Shown piece by piece: positions 8,369-17,641 of a stretch of 64,000 nucleotides of DNA. Each line of letters opens with the position of its first letter. Position 1 is the stretch's first letter. The stretch covers positions 164,287-228,286 of IMG/VR virus record IMGVR_UViG_3300032242_002041, one strand, 5' to 3'. The notes under the pieces were generated by a model, which was given only the letters and a program-made list of their open reading frames with translations, was not told the origin of the DNA and ran no database searches. A program made the translations under genes and the position numbers.

Positions 8369-11020
8369 TTAATCTATCCAAAATCTAAGTTCGTGCATTA
8401 GTCGATATTGATTCTGCTGGGTTCCCATAACACTGAAACGATACATGGTCTTTTTATCAATCATGTTAGTGTATAATGCTCTAACATACGCTGTAGTTTG
8501 ATTCTGTATTGCTAGTTTTTTGTTAGTGTACACTATATTGCCGCTGTTGTCAACACCAGTCGGCATCTTTGCCTCCACATTGCCTGATAATACCACAGGC
8601 TTGACACCAGCATATACTCCAAGATCACCAAACTGATCTTCGGTATAACGATATCCGGTTTCAGCCCAAGCACCGACTATGTTATTAACCTTGGTTATTA
8701 ATCCTGGAGTAATGTTGGTTGTAACGTGCATCAAGCTGGCCTGTGTGCTAAAGCCACCATCTCGGTAAGTGGCCACATTGTCTAGGATGCCTGAATTGGT
8801 AACAGTGCCCCAAGCACCACCAAACGCCATCCAGGGATTGGTGTTTAGGTTGGTAAACTGAGCACCATAGGTAAACTTACCGTTTTTATAAATTTCTGGA
8901 ATACCTACAGAGTATTGTGTGGGCTTTTGTAGCATTCCAGGTCCTTGATCGTTACCAAAAAATGCATTACGATTTTCTGTAGCAACACGCATATTGCCAT
9001 AGGTTACTGGTGTGCCATTAACCAGATATTCTGCGTGGCTAGTTAAATTGTATTGATCAGTGTGTTCAGTGTTATAACCAAAACTATTCATGCCTGACAC
9101 ATTCATAAATTTAAGGTTGGTTGTAAACCCACGACCTACACTGTCAGTGACCAATGTATCGCTATCATCAAGCCCTAGACCCATTACGTATCCACGTATT
9201 GGTGCAAATCCTTTGCCACCACTTAGTGGTATTGACATATCGCCCACGGGCTGAAATACTTTAGTCGTGTCTAGTAAATTAAAACCAAAATAGTTAGTTG
9301 AGCTGGCTGCCAGCACGGTGTTGACTTGTGCATTACTCATCCACGGCCATACCTGTTTAATCGCCGTAACAGTTGCCTGAGTAGTGGTACTGGCCGTGTC
9401 TCCTAATTTGCTGAGATAGATAGCTTTTTGTTGTGTACCATTGCCGCTATAACTGATTGCTGTAGCAAGATACATGCTATTATCTGGCCCTTTAACAAAC
9501 ACAATACCATTGGCACCGCCGGCTGCACTGGCATTAATTGCCTTTTCAAGAGCCACCGATTGTCCTACAAAAGCATCAATGATGGCGGCATAGCTGGCCA
9601 CATATTTGTTTTCTTTAGTGTGTATTAATACTTGTGCGCCGGTAGTACTTCCCCAACCAGTTGCGGCTAATACGATGTCAGTTAACCCGTCGCCGTTAAC
9701 GTCTACAAGTTTAGGATTATAGTTTGCAGAAGTTTTAGTATCATACCCAACCAGGGTAGTATCAGTAACATCTATAAATGTGCCACCACCTTTGTTTTTT
9801 AAGAATTGTATCTCACTGAAGTCAGGCCATGCTCCATTAGTAAACCAAGGTCTACTAAAAATAACAGCACTAGTTAATCCAGAGTTGTCAAAGTCAAACG
9901 CTAACGCTCTATAATCGGTCGCTCCGCTAAAACCGTAACTATCCCATTTAGGTAAAAAGAATCTTGAGCCTGGCAAAGTACTGATCTTGGTTATTTCAAA
10001 GTCTAGTGTGCCGCGATTGGTGTCGGTCATAGCCCAGCTATATAAATTTGTGCTACAAGTTTTGCAACTAGTTACTCCAGAGTCTGTTAGAATAACCGTA
10101 CTAGTGCCGTTGCCCATAAAATCAGCAATAGCTACTGAAGCAGCAGATCCACCATAATCCAGCCCCGACACAGTATGAGCAACAAAATTATTAGTACGCG
10201 AACCAAATACAACCTTACTACCTGTTGTAAAGATATCGTCAATGCCATCACCGTTGATGTCGTAGACTGCACTGTCATGACCATTAATACCGAGTCCTAA
10301 ATCAACTCTAGTAAAACTTGAACCGTTATTAAGAAATAACCAACCAGATCCAATATTAGCACCATTATCTGTATTTGGTGAAACGTACATACTTTTTCTT
10401 CCACTACCATTAAAGTCACCAAACTTTACACTAGGTTCTGTACCTAAAATTACATTATCCGTTCCTGTGAACCATTTACTAGTTTTGTTTACTAACTGAC
10501 CGTTTTCCCAATCAAAAATGTTCAAATTATATGTAGGATAACTACCGCCATTGGTTGTACCAGAGCGACCTGCTGTAACAAGTTGTTGACCCGTTCCGGC
10601 AAGATTTTCAGCGTATAATGCACTTGAATCGTATTCGTACACTGCACTATTAATCGGAGTAACTGATCCAACACGAACCGGCGTGGCATATGGAACATAG
10701 GTATTTGTGGGTGTAGTGGTTGTGGGTGTAGTAGTGGGTGTAGTGGTTGTGGGTGTAGTGGTTGTAGTGGGTGCGGTAGTGGGTGTAGTGGTTGTAGTGG
10801 TTGTGGGTGTAGTAGTGGGTGTAGTGGTTGTGGGTGTAGTAGTGGGTGTAGTAGTAGGTGTGGTGGTTGTGGGTGTAGTAGTGGGTGTAGTAGTAGGTGT
10901 GGTAGGACCTGTACCTTGGGTAGGGGGCGCAGATGTACCTGGATTGTTTGCGCCTCCACCGCCGCCAGCACAAGCTACTAATTGTAGTACTACTGTTGCT
11001 AAAAGCAAAATCCGTTTCAT
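8369..11020 (-). CDS. large lipoprotein: Thr/Pro linker, FG-GAP/VCBS-like repeats, probable C-terminal beta-barrel
   Basis: Lipobox LVAC; DFNGSG, DINGDGIDD, DFMGNG, DFDNSG, DVNGDGLTD repeats; amphipathic beta-rich C-terminus ending LRFWID. Confidence 0.75.
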   Translation of the reverse strand: MKRILLLATVVLQLVACAGGGGGANNPGTSAPPTQGTGPTTPTTTPTTTPTTTTPTTTPTTTPTTTTPTTTPTTTTTTTPTTAPTTTTTPTTTTPTTTPTTTTPTNTYVPYATPVRVGSVTPINSAVYEYDSSALYAENLAGTGQQLVTAGRSGTTNGGSYPTYNLNIFDWENGQLVNKTSKWFTGTDNVILGTEPSVKFGDFNGSGRKSMYVSPNTDNGANIGSGWLFLNNGSSFTRVDLGLGINGHDSAVYDINGDGIDDIFTTGSKVVFGSRTNNFVAHTVSGLDYGGSAASVAIADFMGNGTSTVILTDSGVTSCKTCSTNLYSWAMTDTNRGTLDFEITKISTLPGSRFFLPKWDSYGFSGATDYRALAFDFDNSGLTSAVIFSRPWFTNGAWPDFSEIQFLKNKGGGTFIDVTDTTLVGYDTKTSANYNPKLVDVNGDGLTDIVLAATGWGSTTGAQVLIHTKENKYVASYAAIIDAFVGQSVALEKAINASAAGGANGIVFVKGPDNSMYLATAISYSGNGTQQKAIYLSKLGDTASTTTQATVTAIKQVWPWMSNAQVNTVLAASSTNYFGFNLLDTTKVFQPVGDMSIPLSGGKGFAPIRGYVMGLGLDDSDTLVTDSVGRGFTTNLKFMNVSGMNSFGYNTEHTDQYNLTSHAEYLVNGTPVTYGNMRVATENRNAFFGNDQGPGMLQKPTQYSVGIPEIYKNGKFTYGAQFTNLNTNPWMAFGGAWGTVTNSGILDNVATYRDGGFSTQASLMHVTTNITPGLITKVNNIVGAWAETGYRYTEDQFGDLGVYAGVKPVVLSGNVEAKMPTGVDNSGNIVYTNKKLAIQNQTTAYVRALYTNMIDKKTMYRFSVMGTQQNQYRLMHELRFWID
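10707..10905. repeat. low-complexity tandem repeat encoding a (PTTT/PTTTT)n linker
   Basis: Repeated gggtgtagtagt / gggtgtagtggttgt units inside the CDS. Confidence 0.95.
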
Positions 11021-11051
11021 TGTATAACCTAGATTAATTAACAATACTAGT

Positions 11052-11080
11052 ATTATACAAGAAACGGATTTTCAGGTCAA
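11052..11080 (-). promoter_or_regulatory. sigma70-like promoter
   Basis: TTGACC-17-TATAAT upstream of the lipoprotein gene. Confidence 0.75.
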
Positions 11081-11110
11081 ACGGTAAATCTGTAGCTTTT
11101 TTACAACGGT

Positions 11111-11917
11111 TTATCTAGGCGCAAAGTCCTGTTGTAGTTTAATATTATCCATAAATTCTTTTTTAGTTCCAGGATCTGTATTAAACGCACCTTTAAGTAC
11201 TGTAGTCTGTGTTAGACTACTGTGCGCCATAATGCCTCGGTTTTCGCAACAACCGTGTGTAGCTTGAATATAAACTCCAACATTCTCACTGTCGGTTGCC
11301 CGCATTATTTCTCTCGCGATGTCATTGCATAGCTCTTCTTGCAAAGTACCACGCCTAGCGCACCACTGAGCTATCCTAGTATATTTGCTAAGACCAATGA
11401 GTTTATTTGCGGCAATAATACCAATATAAGCAACACCACTGACAGGTTGATGGTGATGACTACACATGCTACGGAGCTCACTACGAACCACAAGCATACC
11501 TTCGTAACGATCCGCTGAGTCATTTGGAAAAGCTGTTGCATCTGGTGCTGGATCATATCGACCTCCCATAATTTCGTTATAATACATTTTAGCTAGACGT
11601 CTAGCGGTACCTTTACTGTTAGGATCATTTTCACGATCAATTAATAGTGTGTCCAGTACCTGTTCAAATGCCACCGTGGCTTCATTGATTAGTTGTTCTT
11701 TATCACCTTCATGTAAATAATCACTGATATTATCGCCTGCCCAGAAACGCTTCTTATCACGTTTCATCTTAAAGCGGATAGCATCGGCTAAATTTGCTTC
11801 TTTATAGCCCTTATCGTCCATGCCAACATCTTCATAGCCTGGGTGATACGGTGCTTCTTCTACTAATTTAGAATTAGCCAATGCGTTTTTTAAGTCTTCT
11901 GATGTAAATGTTGTCAA
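11111..11917 (-). CDS. folE: GTP cyclohydrolase I
   Basis: SMCSHHHQP, IGLSKYTRI, LQEEL, HGCCENRG; TTG start. Confidence 0.95.
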   Translation of the reverse strand: MTTFTSEDLKNALANSKLVEEAPYHPGYEDVGMDDKGYKEANLADAIRFKMKRDKKRFWAGDNISDYLHEGDKEQLINEATVAFEQVLDTLLIDRENDPNSKGTARRLAKMYYNEIMGGRYDPAPDATAFPNDSADRYEGMLVVRSELRSMCSHHHQPVSGVAYIGIIAANKLIGLSKYTRIAQWCARRGTLQEELCNDIAREIMRATDSENVGVYIQATHGCCENRGIMAHSSLTQTTVLKGAFNTDPGTKKEFMDNIKLQQDFAPR

Positions 11918-11981
11918 TTCTTTTTCTCCGAGTTATAGGGTCGTGGATGACCAGTCTTGTTACTATTGTAACAGTTATTTA
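11918..11981 (-). promoter_or_regulatory. folE leader: TAAATA plus small SD-involving pseudoknot
   Basis: GGUC-AUCCAC-GACC hairpin whose loop UCC can pair with GGA of the SD (CUCGGAGA); an overlapping TAGACA-17-TACAAT promoter extends to 11993. Confidence 0.5.
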
Positions 11982-11997
11982 GACCGTTGTCTACAAG

Positions 11998-12591
11998 TTA
12001 ATCAATTATTTTAATTTTTCGGCAATCTGGATATGCTATGAATTTAGGCGCTTCGTTAACCAGTGGCAGTAATTGACTTCCTAATTCTGCTTCTTCCGTT
12101 GTGGGTTTATAGTGATAACCTACGTGGAACACTTCTTGTGCTTGCCAGGGCACAATCCTCAGGTCACGACCATCATAGCGTTGAGCCAACATTACCTTGT
12201 AGGCCACAGGATCATCTAGCAAGATAGCACCACAGCGACCAATCTCTAATGGCTTGGTGCGCCCAAAACTTACACAAGTTAATGTGCCAGGACGATACAT
12301 GTTGCGCTCTAATCTGCGAGCACTATCCCAAATCCTAGTAAATTCAAATTTATATTCACCAATCCATTCTTGTCTGTTTGGGTGTTCGTGATAACTGTAC
12401 TTGATACCCAGCTTGTGCATGGTCATAGGCACACTCAAATATGTAAAAGGAGTAAAACAAGTTTCTTTTACACGGTCGTATCTCATACATAATTCAATAG
12501 CATGAGTACAACAGTCAGTCATTACAGTATAAGGAGCACCTGTGTACTCGGCTAACTCTTGTTCAAATTTTAGTATACTGTCAAAGCTCAT
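11998..12591 (-). CDS. short DegT/DnrJ-like PLP aminotransferase
   Basis: FEQELAEYTGAPY.V..DCCTHAIELC, DSA, SFGRTKPL..GRCGAIL. Confidence 0.75.
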   Translation of the reverse strand: MSFDSILKFEQELAEYTGAPYTVMTDCCTHAIELCMRYDRVKETCFTPFTYLSVPMTMHKLGIKYSYHEHPNRQEWIGEYKFEFTRIWDSARRLERNMYRPGTLTCVSFGRTKPLEIGRCGAILLDDPVAYKVMLAQRYDGRDLRIVPWQAQEVFHVGYHYKPTTEEAELGSQLLPLVNEAPKFIAYPDCRKIKIID

Positions 12592-13538
12592 TGATTATAC
12601 CACTTCCATACATGGTTAATTATATCTGTCATAACAAATTTTGGTTGCCAGCCACTGACCTTTGTAAACTTGCCAGCATCAGCTGTTAGAATAGCTGGGT
12701 CACCTTCGCGCTTTGGTCCATGTAACATGGGAATATTAACGCCGGTAATCTGTGCAGACGCACGAACAATTTCAAGATTACTATATCCAGTGTTAGTACC
12801 GAGATTATAGATGTCGCTAGGAATAGTTCGATCCATTGCCAAGATATGTGCCTCGGCCAAGTCTTCCACGTGAATATAATCACGAATACAAGTGCCATCT
12901 GGTGTAGGATAATTAGTTCCATACAAAGTAAAATCTTGTTTGTTTTTAACTGATTCTAATACTCGAGCAATAATATGTGTTGCACCTGCGGCTTGTCCAT
13001 GCCGGGCTAGGCTATCTGCACCACACGCATTAAAATAACGAAAACTCACATAGTCTAAACCATAAGCACGATGATAACTGGCCAACATCCAATCAATCAT
13101 CAACTTGCTTTCGCCATACGGGCTGATCGGTTCTTTGGGATCAATTTCCTGCACAGGAGTTATGACGGGATTGCCGTAGGTTGCAGCACTGCTACTAAAA
13201 ATAAATCTAACTTGTTTATCGTGATTCCTAATCAAATAGTCTAGTAGGATTTTAGTTTTGATAAAATTGTTGTTGTAGTACTCTTGAGGATCTTGCATAC
13301 TAGGACCAACTAAGCTGGTACCAGCACAATGAATAACAGCGTCTGGACAAAATCGCTTGATAGCATCCAGCCCTAGCTCAGCTGCAAAGTCTCCAGTATG
13401 CCACTGGCACGGAACAGGAATCAAGTTACCAGGAGGCATTACCCGATCAATCGCTAATACATCGTGCCCGTCATCCACTAATTTTAATAATGTTTCCCCG
13501 CCAATGAATCCAGCAGCACCAGTGACTACTACTTTCAT
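12588..13538 (-). CDS. galE: UDP-glucose 4-epimerase
   Basis: GAAGFIG, FSSSAATYG, YGESK, RYFNACGA, DGTCIRDYIHV. Confidence 0.9.
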   Translation of the reverse strand: MKVVVTGAAGFIGGETLLKLVDDGHDVLAIDRVMPPGNLIPVPCQWHTGDFAAELGLDAIKRFCPDAVIHCAGTSLVGPSMQDPQEYYNNNFIKTKILLDYLIRNHDKQVRFIFSSSAATYGNPVITPVQEIDPKEPISPYGESKLMIDWMLASYHRAYGLDYVSFRYFNACGADSLARHGQAAGATHIIARVLESVKNKQDFTLYGTNYPTPDGTCIRDYIHVEDLAEAHILAMDRTIPSDIYNLGTNTGYSNLEIVRASAQITGVNIPMLHGPKREGDPAILTADAGKFTKVSGWQPKFVMTDIINHVWKWYNQ

Positions 13539-14740
13539 CCTTCAATTTTCCTTACGTGATACTTGGCTTGGCTTACATGATCGCGATAACGATTGCCTGC
13601 ACGATTCCACTGTTCACCGTTACCTTCTAAGATGTCCACAATACGATCCACAGTGCCATCAGTCCAGTCACTGATCAGGCCTGTATTGTGATGTAATTCA
13701 CCTAACAAGTTTTCTAACTTGTGATAAGCGTCATCAATGCTCCAAGGAACATATAACCTGTTAGGATCGTCAGCAAAAGTTTCAGGGAAACTGCGATAAG
13801 CAGGATAAAGCACATTAGAGCCAAGTGTGTCTGCTTCCGAGACGGTGTTGCTGACCCAGTCTTGTAAAGCACAATTAAACAATACCCGAGTATCATTGAG
13901 CAAATTATAGTAATCATTTTTCTTTAAGTTTTCATAGATTGTAAGTTTACCTTCGCTTTGCAAAACTCTTGCTCTAGTTACATATTCTGAATTATTACTA
14001 CGCAATGGACCACCTTGGAATATGGCAAATTCAATATCTTTATGACGACCTTGGCTATAGTACATGTCAATCAAATCCATAAAGAAACCTGGTTGTTTCT
14101 CTTGGTCAAATCTAGCTGCAAACCCCACTCGGATCTTACGTTCATTAAATGGTTTAATATTTTGAGCGCCACCAATGCGTTCTAGCACCTCTTCTTTGCC
14201 AAAAGCAAGTCCAGAGATATTGTAGATTGGAGCCGACCAACCTGCAATACGCATATGAGCCACCATCTCTTCGTTAGTGGCCAACACACCTGTTACGAAC
14301 TCATTGACCATCTTCTCATATAAGTCCATCCACTTGGCCATACCCCAGACATGAACAAAGTCGTCTGGATCAATTGCTTGTGCCAGACAACGCACAAAGA
14401 CCTTAGGACGTTGCTCCGCTGGAATTTGATCCATAATGTATGGCAACGATTCGATGCCTGGCTGGAACATGTCTTCAAAGTAGATAACGTCTTCACTAGT
14501 TACATCACCGTTACGCATCATTTGAACCAAGTTCATCATTTGACTCATGCCAAAGTAACTGCGACCGTGTGCGTCTAGCACCTGTCCAACACTAATACTT
14601 TGCGTGTTGTCAATAGTATTGCCAGGAACATAGACTACATCTAGTCCACGACGATCAAATACACGCCGATTCCATTCTGTAAGTTGTAGAGTGTAGCGAG
14701 CCTCATATGACTCCAAGCCCATATAGAATAATTTACGCAC
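13535..14740 (-). CDS. GT-B fold glycosyltransferase-like protein
   Basis: FAARFDQEKQP and LYPAYRSFPE resemble the GT-B C-terminal donor-binding region; likely GTG start 14740 (track start 14881 overlaps the upstream gene). Confidence 0.65.
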   Translation of the reverse strand: MRKLFYMGLESYEARYTLQLTEWNRRVFDRRGLDVVYVPGNTIDNTQSISVGQVLDAHGRSYFGMSQMMNLVQMMRNGDVTSEDVIYFEDMFQPGIESLPYIMDQIPAEQRPKVFVRCLAQAIDPDDFVHVWGMAKWMDLYEKMVNEFVTGVLATNEEMVAHMRIAGWSAPIYNISGLAFGKEEVLERIGGAQNIKPFNERKIRVGFAARFDQEKQPGFFMDLIDMYYSQGRHKDIEFAIFQGGPLRSNNSEYVTRARVLQSEGKLTIYENLKKNDYYNLLNDTRVLFNCALQDWVSNTVSEADTLGSNVLYPAYRSFPETFADDPNRLYVPWSIDDAYHKLENLLGELHHNTGLISDWTDGTVDRIVDILEGNGEQWNRAGNRYRDHVSQAKYHVRKIEG

Positions 14741-14960
14741 GGCGATATCCTGAGAATCTACGAGTATCTTCTTCCCACATGTTTTTGGCATTCTTGCCTT
14801 GAGTAAATTTGTTATACTGTTGCCAGGCATAAGAACGGAAGTTGTAGAGATCTTCTTCTCTATAACGGTATCCGTAGTCACGACAGAATTCCAAGTAGTT
14901 TGACAAATCTTCTAATGCTTGAAGAGCTCTTGGGTTTACACGATGTTGGGGTTTGCCCAT
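14733..14960 (-). CDS. hypothetical protein
   Basis: ORF with SD (AGGAAC) between dpdL and the GT gene. Confidence 0.65.
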   Translation of the reverse strand: MGKPQHRVNPRALQALEDLSNYLEFCRDYGYRYREEDLYNFRSYAWQQYNKFTQGKNAKNMWEEDTRRFSGYRRA

Positions 14961-14970
14961 GATAGTTCCT

Positions 14971-15432
14971 TTAAATTACAGTTGATTGTGTTGGACGAGT
15001 AAGATTATAACTAATGGAGCATCCGTTCTCGCCGTCTTCGGATACTTCAATTACTACAGCACGACCGGGATAGCGTTCGGCTATCTTTAAATATAAATCA
15101 TCGGCAATCATTTCACATGATTTCCAGTCTAGTTCTAAAACGGGATTCGAAACAATTCCGTTATTGGAATAGAGATTTTCAAGCCACCGTTTGAATTGGA
15201 TGAATTCGATATCTCTGTCGTTATGGAAGACATCGATTGACACCCGGAAATGAAAGATATGGCGATGAGGACTGGCCAAAAACGATACATCATATTCTCC
15301 TGCTGTGCATAATGCTGGGTCTGTTGCAGCCGCTGGATAGCGATGAATGCCTTCCTTACGGAATGTAACCCAAATTTGTCTCTGGGCTGCCGCTTTAATG
15401 CGTTCAATAGTTTCGCGTTCTTGTTGTATCAT
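14971..15432 (-). CDS. dpdL: QueD-like T-fold protein, probable CDG decarboxylase DpdL
   Basis: LASPHRHIF matches LxxxHRHxF; DRDIEFI, SCEMIA, VSEDGENG; second QueD paralogue in the cluster. Confidence 0.75.
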   Translation of the reverse strand: MIQQERETIERIKAAAQRQIWVTFRKEGIHRYPAAATDPALCTAGEYDVSFLASPHRHIFHFRVSIDVFHNDRDIEFIQFKRWLENLYSNNGIVSNPVLELDWKSCEMIADDLYLKIAERYPGRAVVIEVSEDGENGCSISYNLTRPTQSTVI

Positions 15433-16604
15433 TTCTGGTGGCTTTCTATATTAGTATTATTAAACGAGTCAATGGCATCATACATATCTGGAAAAATTGC
15501 ACGACTATTTAATTTTCTATCTTGGTCTAATTTGTTAAATTCTTCTACTGTATATTCAAGTCCGTCCCAATTGGATTTATAGGGAGTTCGATCGTCGTTT
15601 AACGAGGCAATTACGTTGTCAATGCCAAGAATATTTGAATAATCATTTTTAGAAATTCGCTGTCTAACCAACTCTCTCTGGTGATCAGTTAGTCGTTGAA
15701 TTGCCCACGGACCACCATTATCTCTCAGATTGTAGATATTAATAGTTATTGCTCGATGAGATATATTCAAAGTTTGATGCACCAAATCAATAAAATCCCA
15801 AATTGACAACGAGTTAATATTCATAAACACCATGTTAAAACTAAGGTGATGCTTTGCAATCAAGTTAATTGTGTGTAAATTTTCTAAGAAAACATTCCAT
15901 TTTCCGGGCCAACGAATATATTCATATTGTTCTGCAATTGATTCTCCGCTAACTAACCATTGTACATTACTAAACTGTTTCAACAATTCAAAAATTTTAT
16001 TTTCGTGTATTAGGCTAAGATTAGTATTAACACAAATACGACAAGATTTATTAACTTCTAATAATTTTCTTAAGACTATTTCGTTTTCTTTTATCATCAA
16101 CGGCTCGCCACCAGCAAGATATATTTCTTTAAGGTCGGCAGCAGATTCTAAAACATAATCTAACAAATCTCCTTTGGCTTCTTTCATCTTAACTACTTGA
16201 TATTTCTGTTCGGCCCATAGTGAGCTGAGCTCAGGGTCACAATATATGCAGGCAAAATTGCAGGTATTGTTCCAACGCAAATCAAGATATTTTAAATTAA
16301 AGTTATCAATATTGTTGTAAAACTCATCACCAAGATGGTTATATTTCTTTTTAAAATGATGTTGTAAAGTATGAGTACCAATCTGAGAGTGGCAATTTTT
16401 ACACCCTTCAACCGGAATATCATTTAACATCATTGTTTTGATATCGAGATTATTAGAGCCGCTTATTGTGTCTTTGATTGCAGGAGTTTTATTAATATTA
16501 CCTAATTTATTTTTACTCACACAACAATTTTCTATATTGCCTTGGGGGTCAATATACAGTGAAACCCACGGCGCTGGACAGAAATGTTTATTATCTATGG
16601 TCAT
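15429..16604 (-). CDS. radical SAM protein with N-terminal SPASM/twitch-like Cys domain
   Basis: FCPAPW..CC..GCKNC, then CNFACIYC, AGGEP. Confidence 0.85.
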   Translation of the reverse strand: MTIDNKHFCPAPWVSLYIDPQGNIENCCVSKNKLGNINKTPAIKDTISGSNNLDIKTMMLNDIPVEGCKNCHSQIGTHTLQHHFKKKYNHLGDEFYNNIDNFNLKYLDLRWNNTCNFACIYCDPELSSLWAEQKYQVVKMKEAKGDLLDYVLESAADLKEIYLAGGEPLMIKENEIVLRKLLEVNKSCRICVNTNLSLIHENKIFELLKQFSNVQWLVSGESIAEQYEYIRWPGKWNVFLENLHTINLIAKHHLSFNMVFMNINSLSIWDFIDLVHQTLNISHRAITINIYNLRDNGGPWAIQRLTDHQRELVRQRISKNDYSNILGIDNVIASLNDDRTPYKSNWDGLEYTVEEFNKLDQDRKLNSRAIFPDMYDAIDSFNNTNIESHQK

Positions 16605-16930
16605 TTTTGTAGCAATTCCATAGTTACAATTTTACCAATTGATTCAGATAAGTTTTCATCAGGGGTAACAATGTGTAGTTTAATCCGTTCTTCGTCTTTT
16701 TTGTGGTCATAATATTTGGTTTCAATTACTGTACCACCCGATACCTGTTGTACACGGAAGCGTATTGGATCCGGAAGTTCGAGACAATCTTTCGTCTCAA
16801 CGTCACAGTCATCAAAACTGACGCTAATACTTCCACGTCCAATCCTAGCAGGTTTACTTTTTTCTTCACTTAATTCGTAACTAAAATCCCAACCCCATGC
16901 AACTATCTTTGCCCATAACCATCTAATCAT
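16601..16930 (-). CDS. hypothetical protein
   Basis: Overlapping operon ORF. Confidence 0.65.
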   Translation of the reverse strand: MIRWLWAKIVAWGWDFSYELSEEKSKPARIGRGSISVSFDDCDVETKDCLELPDPIRFRVQQVSGGTVIETKYYDHKKDEERIKLHIVTPDENLSESIGKIVTMELLQK

Positions 16931-17442
16931 TTGATAACCTCGTCCTTTGTGTATTTAGACCAGTCAGTAAACACCTCACGTTTTTGTAAATCGTGTAACG
17001 AGTGGCACCAGACGCCTGGGTTTGTTGCTGCAAAATCTCGGTCATCAATTTTAAGAGTAGCATTGTATCCAAACTGTTTAATATAAGGAAGTTTAACGCT
17101 AATCATTGGAATGAAGTTATGGAATTCTACCAGTGCGGATTCAAGTAATCCTTCTGCCTGTTGAATATCTAAATCCAAAGTACATAACCAGCCAGCTTCC
17201 AAGCAGTCTTGTACCATGACTTCCCAATCACGCCATGCATCACCGTCATTTTTATCCAATGCTGGAAAACTCTGATTGGCACCAAAGTAGATATGTTCAA
17301 TGTTGTTATTCTTTGCTTCCTGTTGGACGATTTGTGAATCCTGTACACCTACTACAAATAGTGTACGGCGTCCAAACGCAGGGGTATGTTCTACTTCGGT
17401 TCCTGTAAAGAAACTTACTTCTTCGTGTCCTGCTCTAATCAT
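16927..17442 (-). CDS. conserved hypothetical protein of the deazaguanine cluster (paralogue within 26930..27655)
   Basis: GTEVEHTPAFGRRTLFV..HIYF..GVW..FTDWSKYTKD; likely start 17442. Confidence 0.7.
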   Translation of the reverse strand: MIRAGHEEVSFFTGTEVEHTPAFGRRTLFVVGVQDSQIVQQEAKNNNIEHIYFGANQSFPALDKNDGDAWRDWEVMVQDCLEAGWLCTLDLDIQQAEGLLESALVEFHNFIPMISVKLPYIKQFGYNATLKIDDRDFAATNPGVWCHSLHDLQKREVFTDWSKYTKDEVIK

Positions 17443-17641
17443 TTTGTTCTGTATTATAATGGGTGGATGGATTATTTTCTTGTTTAAGTATAACAATTTG
17501 TTTTTTTAATTGCAACCTTTGTTTCTTCAAATCAGTTAGTTCAACATCATCAAACACACCGGTGCTTTCCAAACCGTCAATTCTTTTGTTGAGTGCGTGG
17601 TGTGCTTCTTCTAAATGTTTAATTCTTCTTTCCCAAGACAT
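17435..17641 (-). CDS. small coiled-coil protein (YdcH/DUF465-like)
   Basis: HHALNKRI...LKKQRLQLKKQI pattern. Confidence 0.6.
   Translation of the reverse strand: MSWERRIKHLEEAHHALNKRIDGLESTGVFDDVELTDLKKQRLQLKKQIVILKQENNPSTHYNTEQND

Noticed and set aside
10522-11027. Alternative-frame ORFs (His/Pro, Tyr/Thr/His, poly-Val) and possible CRISPR-like array
   Set aside because: Artefacts of the Thr/Pro coding repeat; no unique spacers
7765-11981. Calling the queD or folE leaders known preQ1 riboswitches
   Set aside because: They lack the recognisable preQ1-I loop and A-rich tail and the class II/III layouts; kept only as novel candidates
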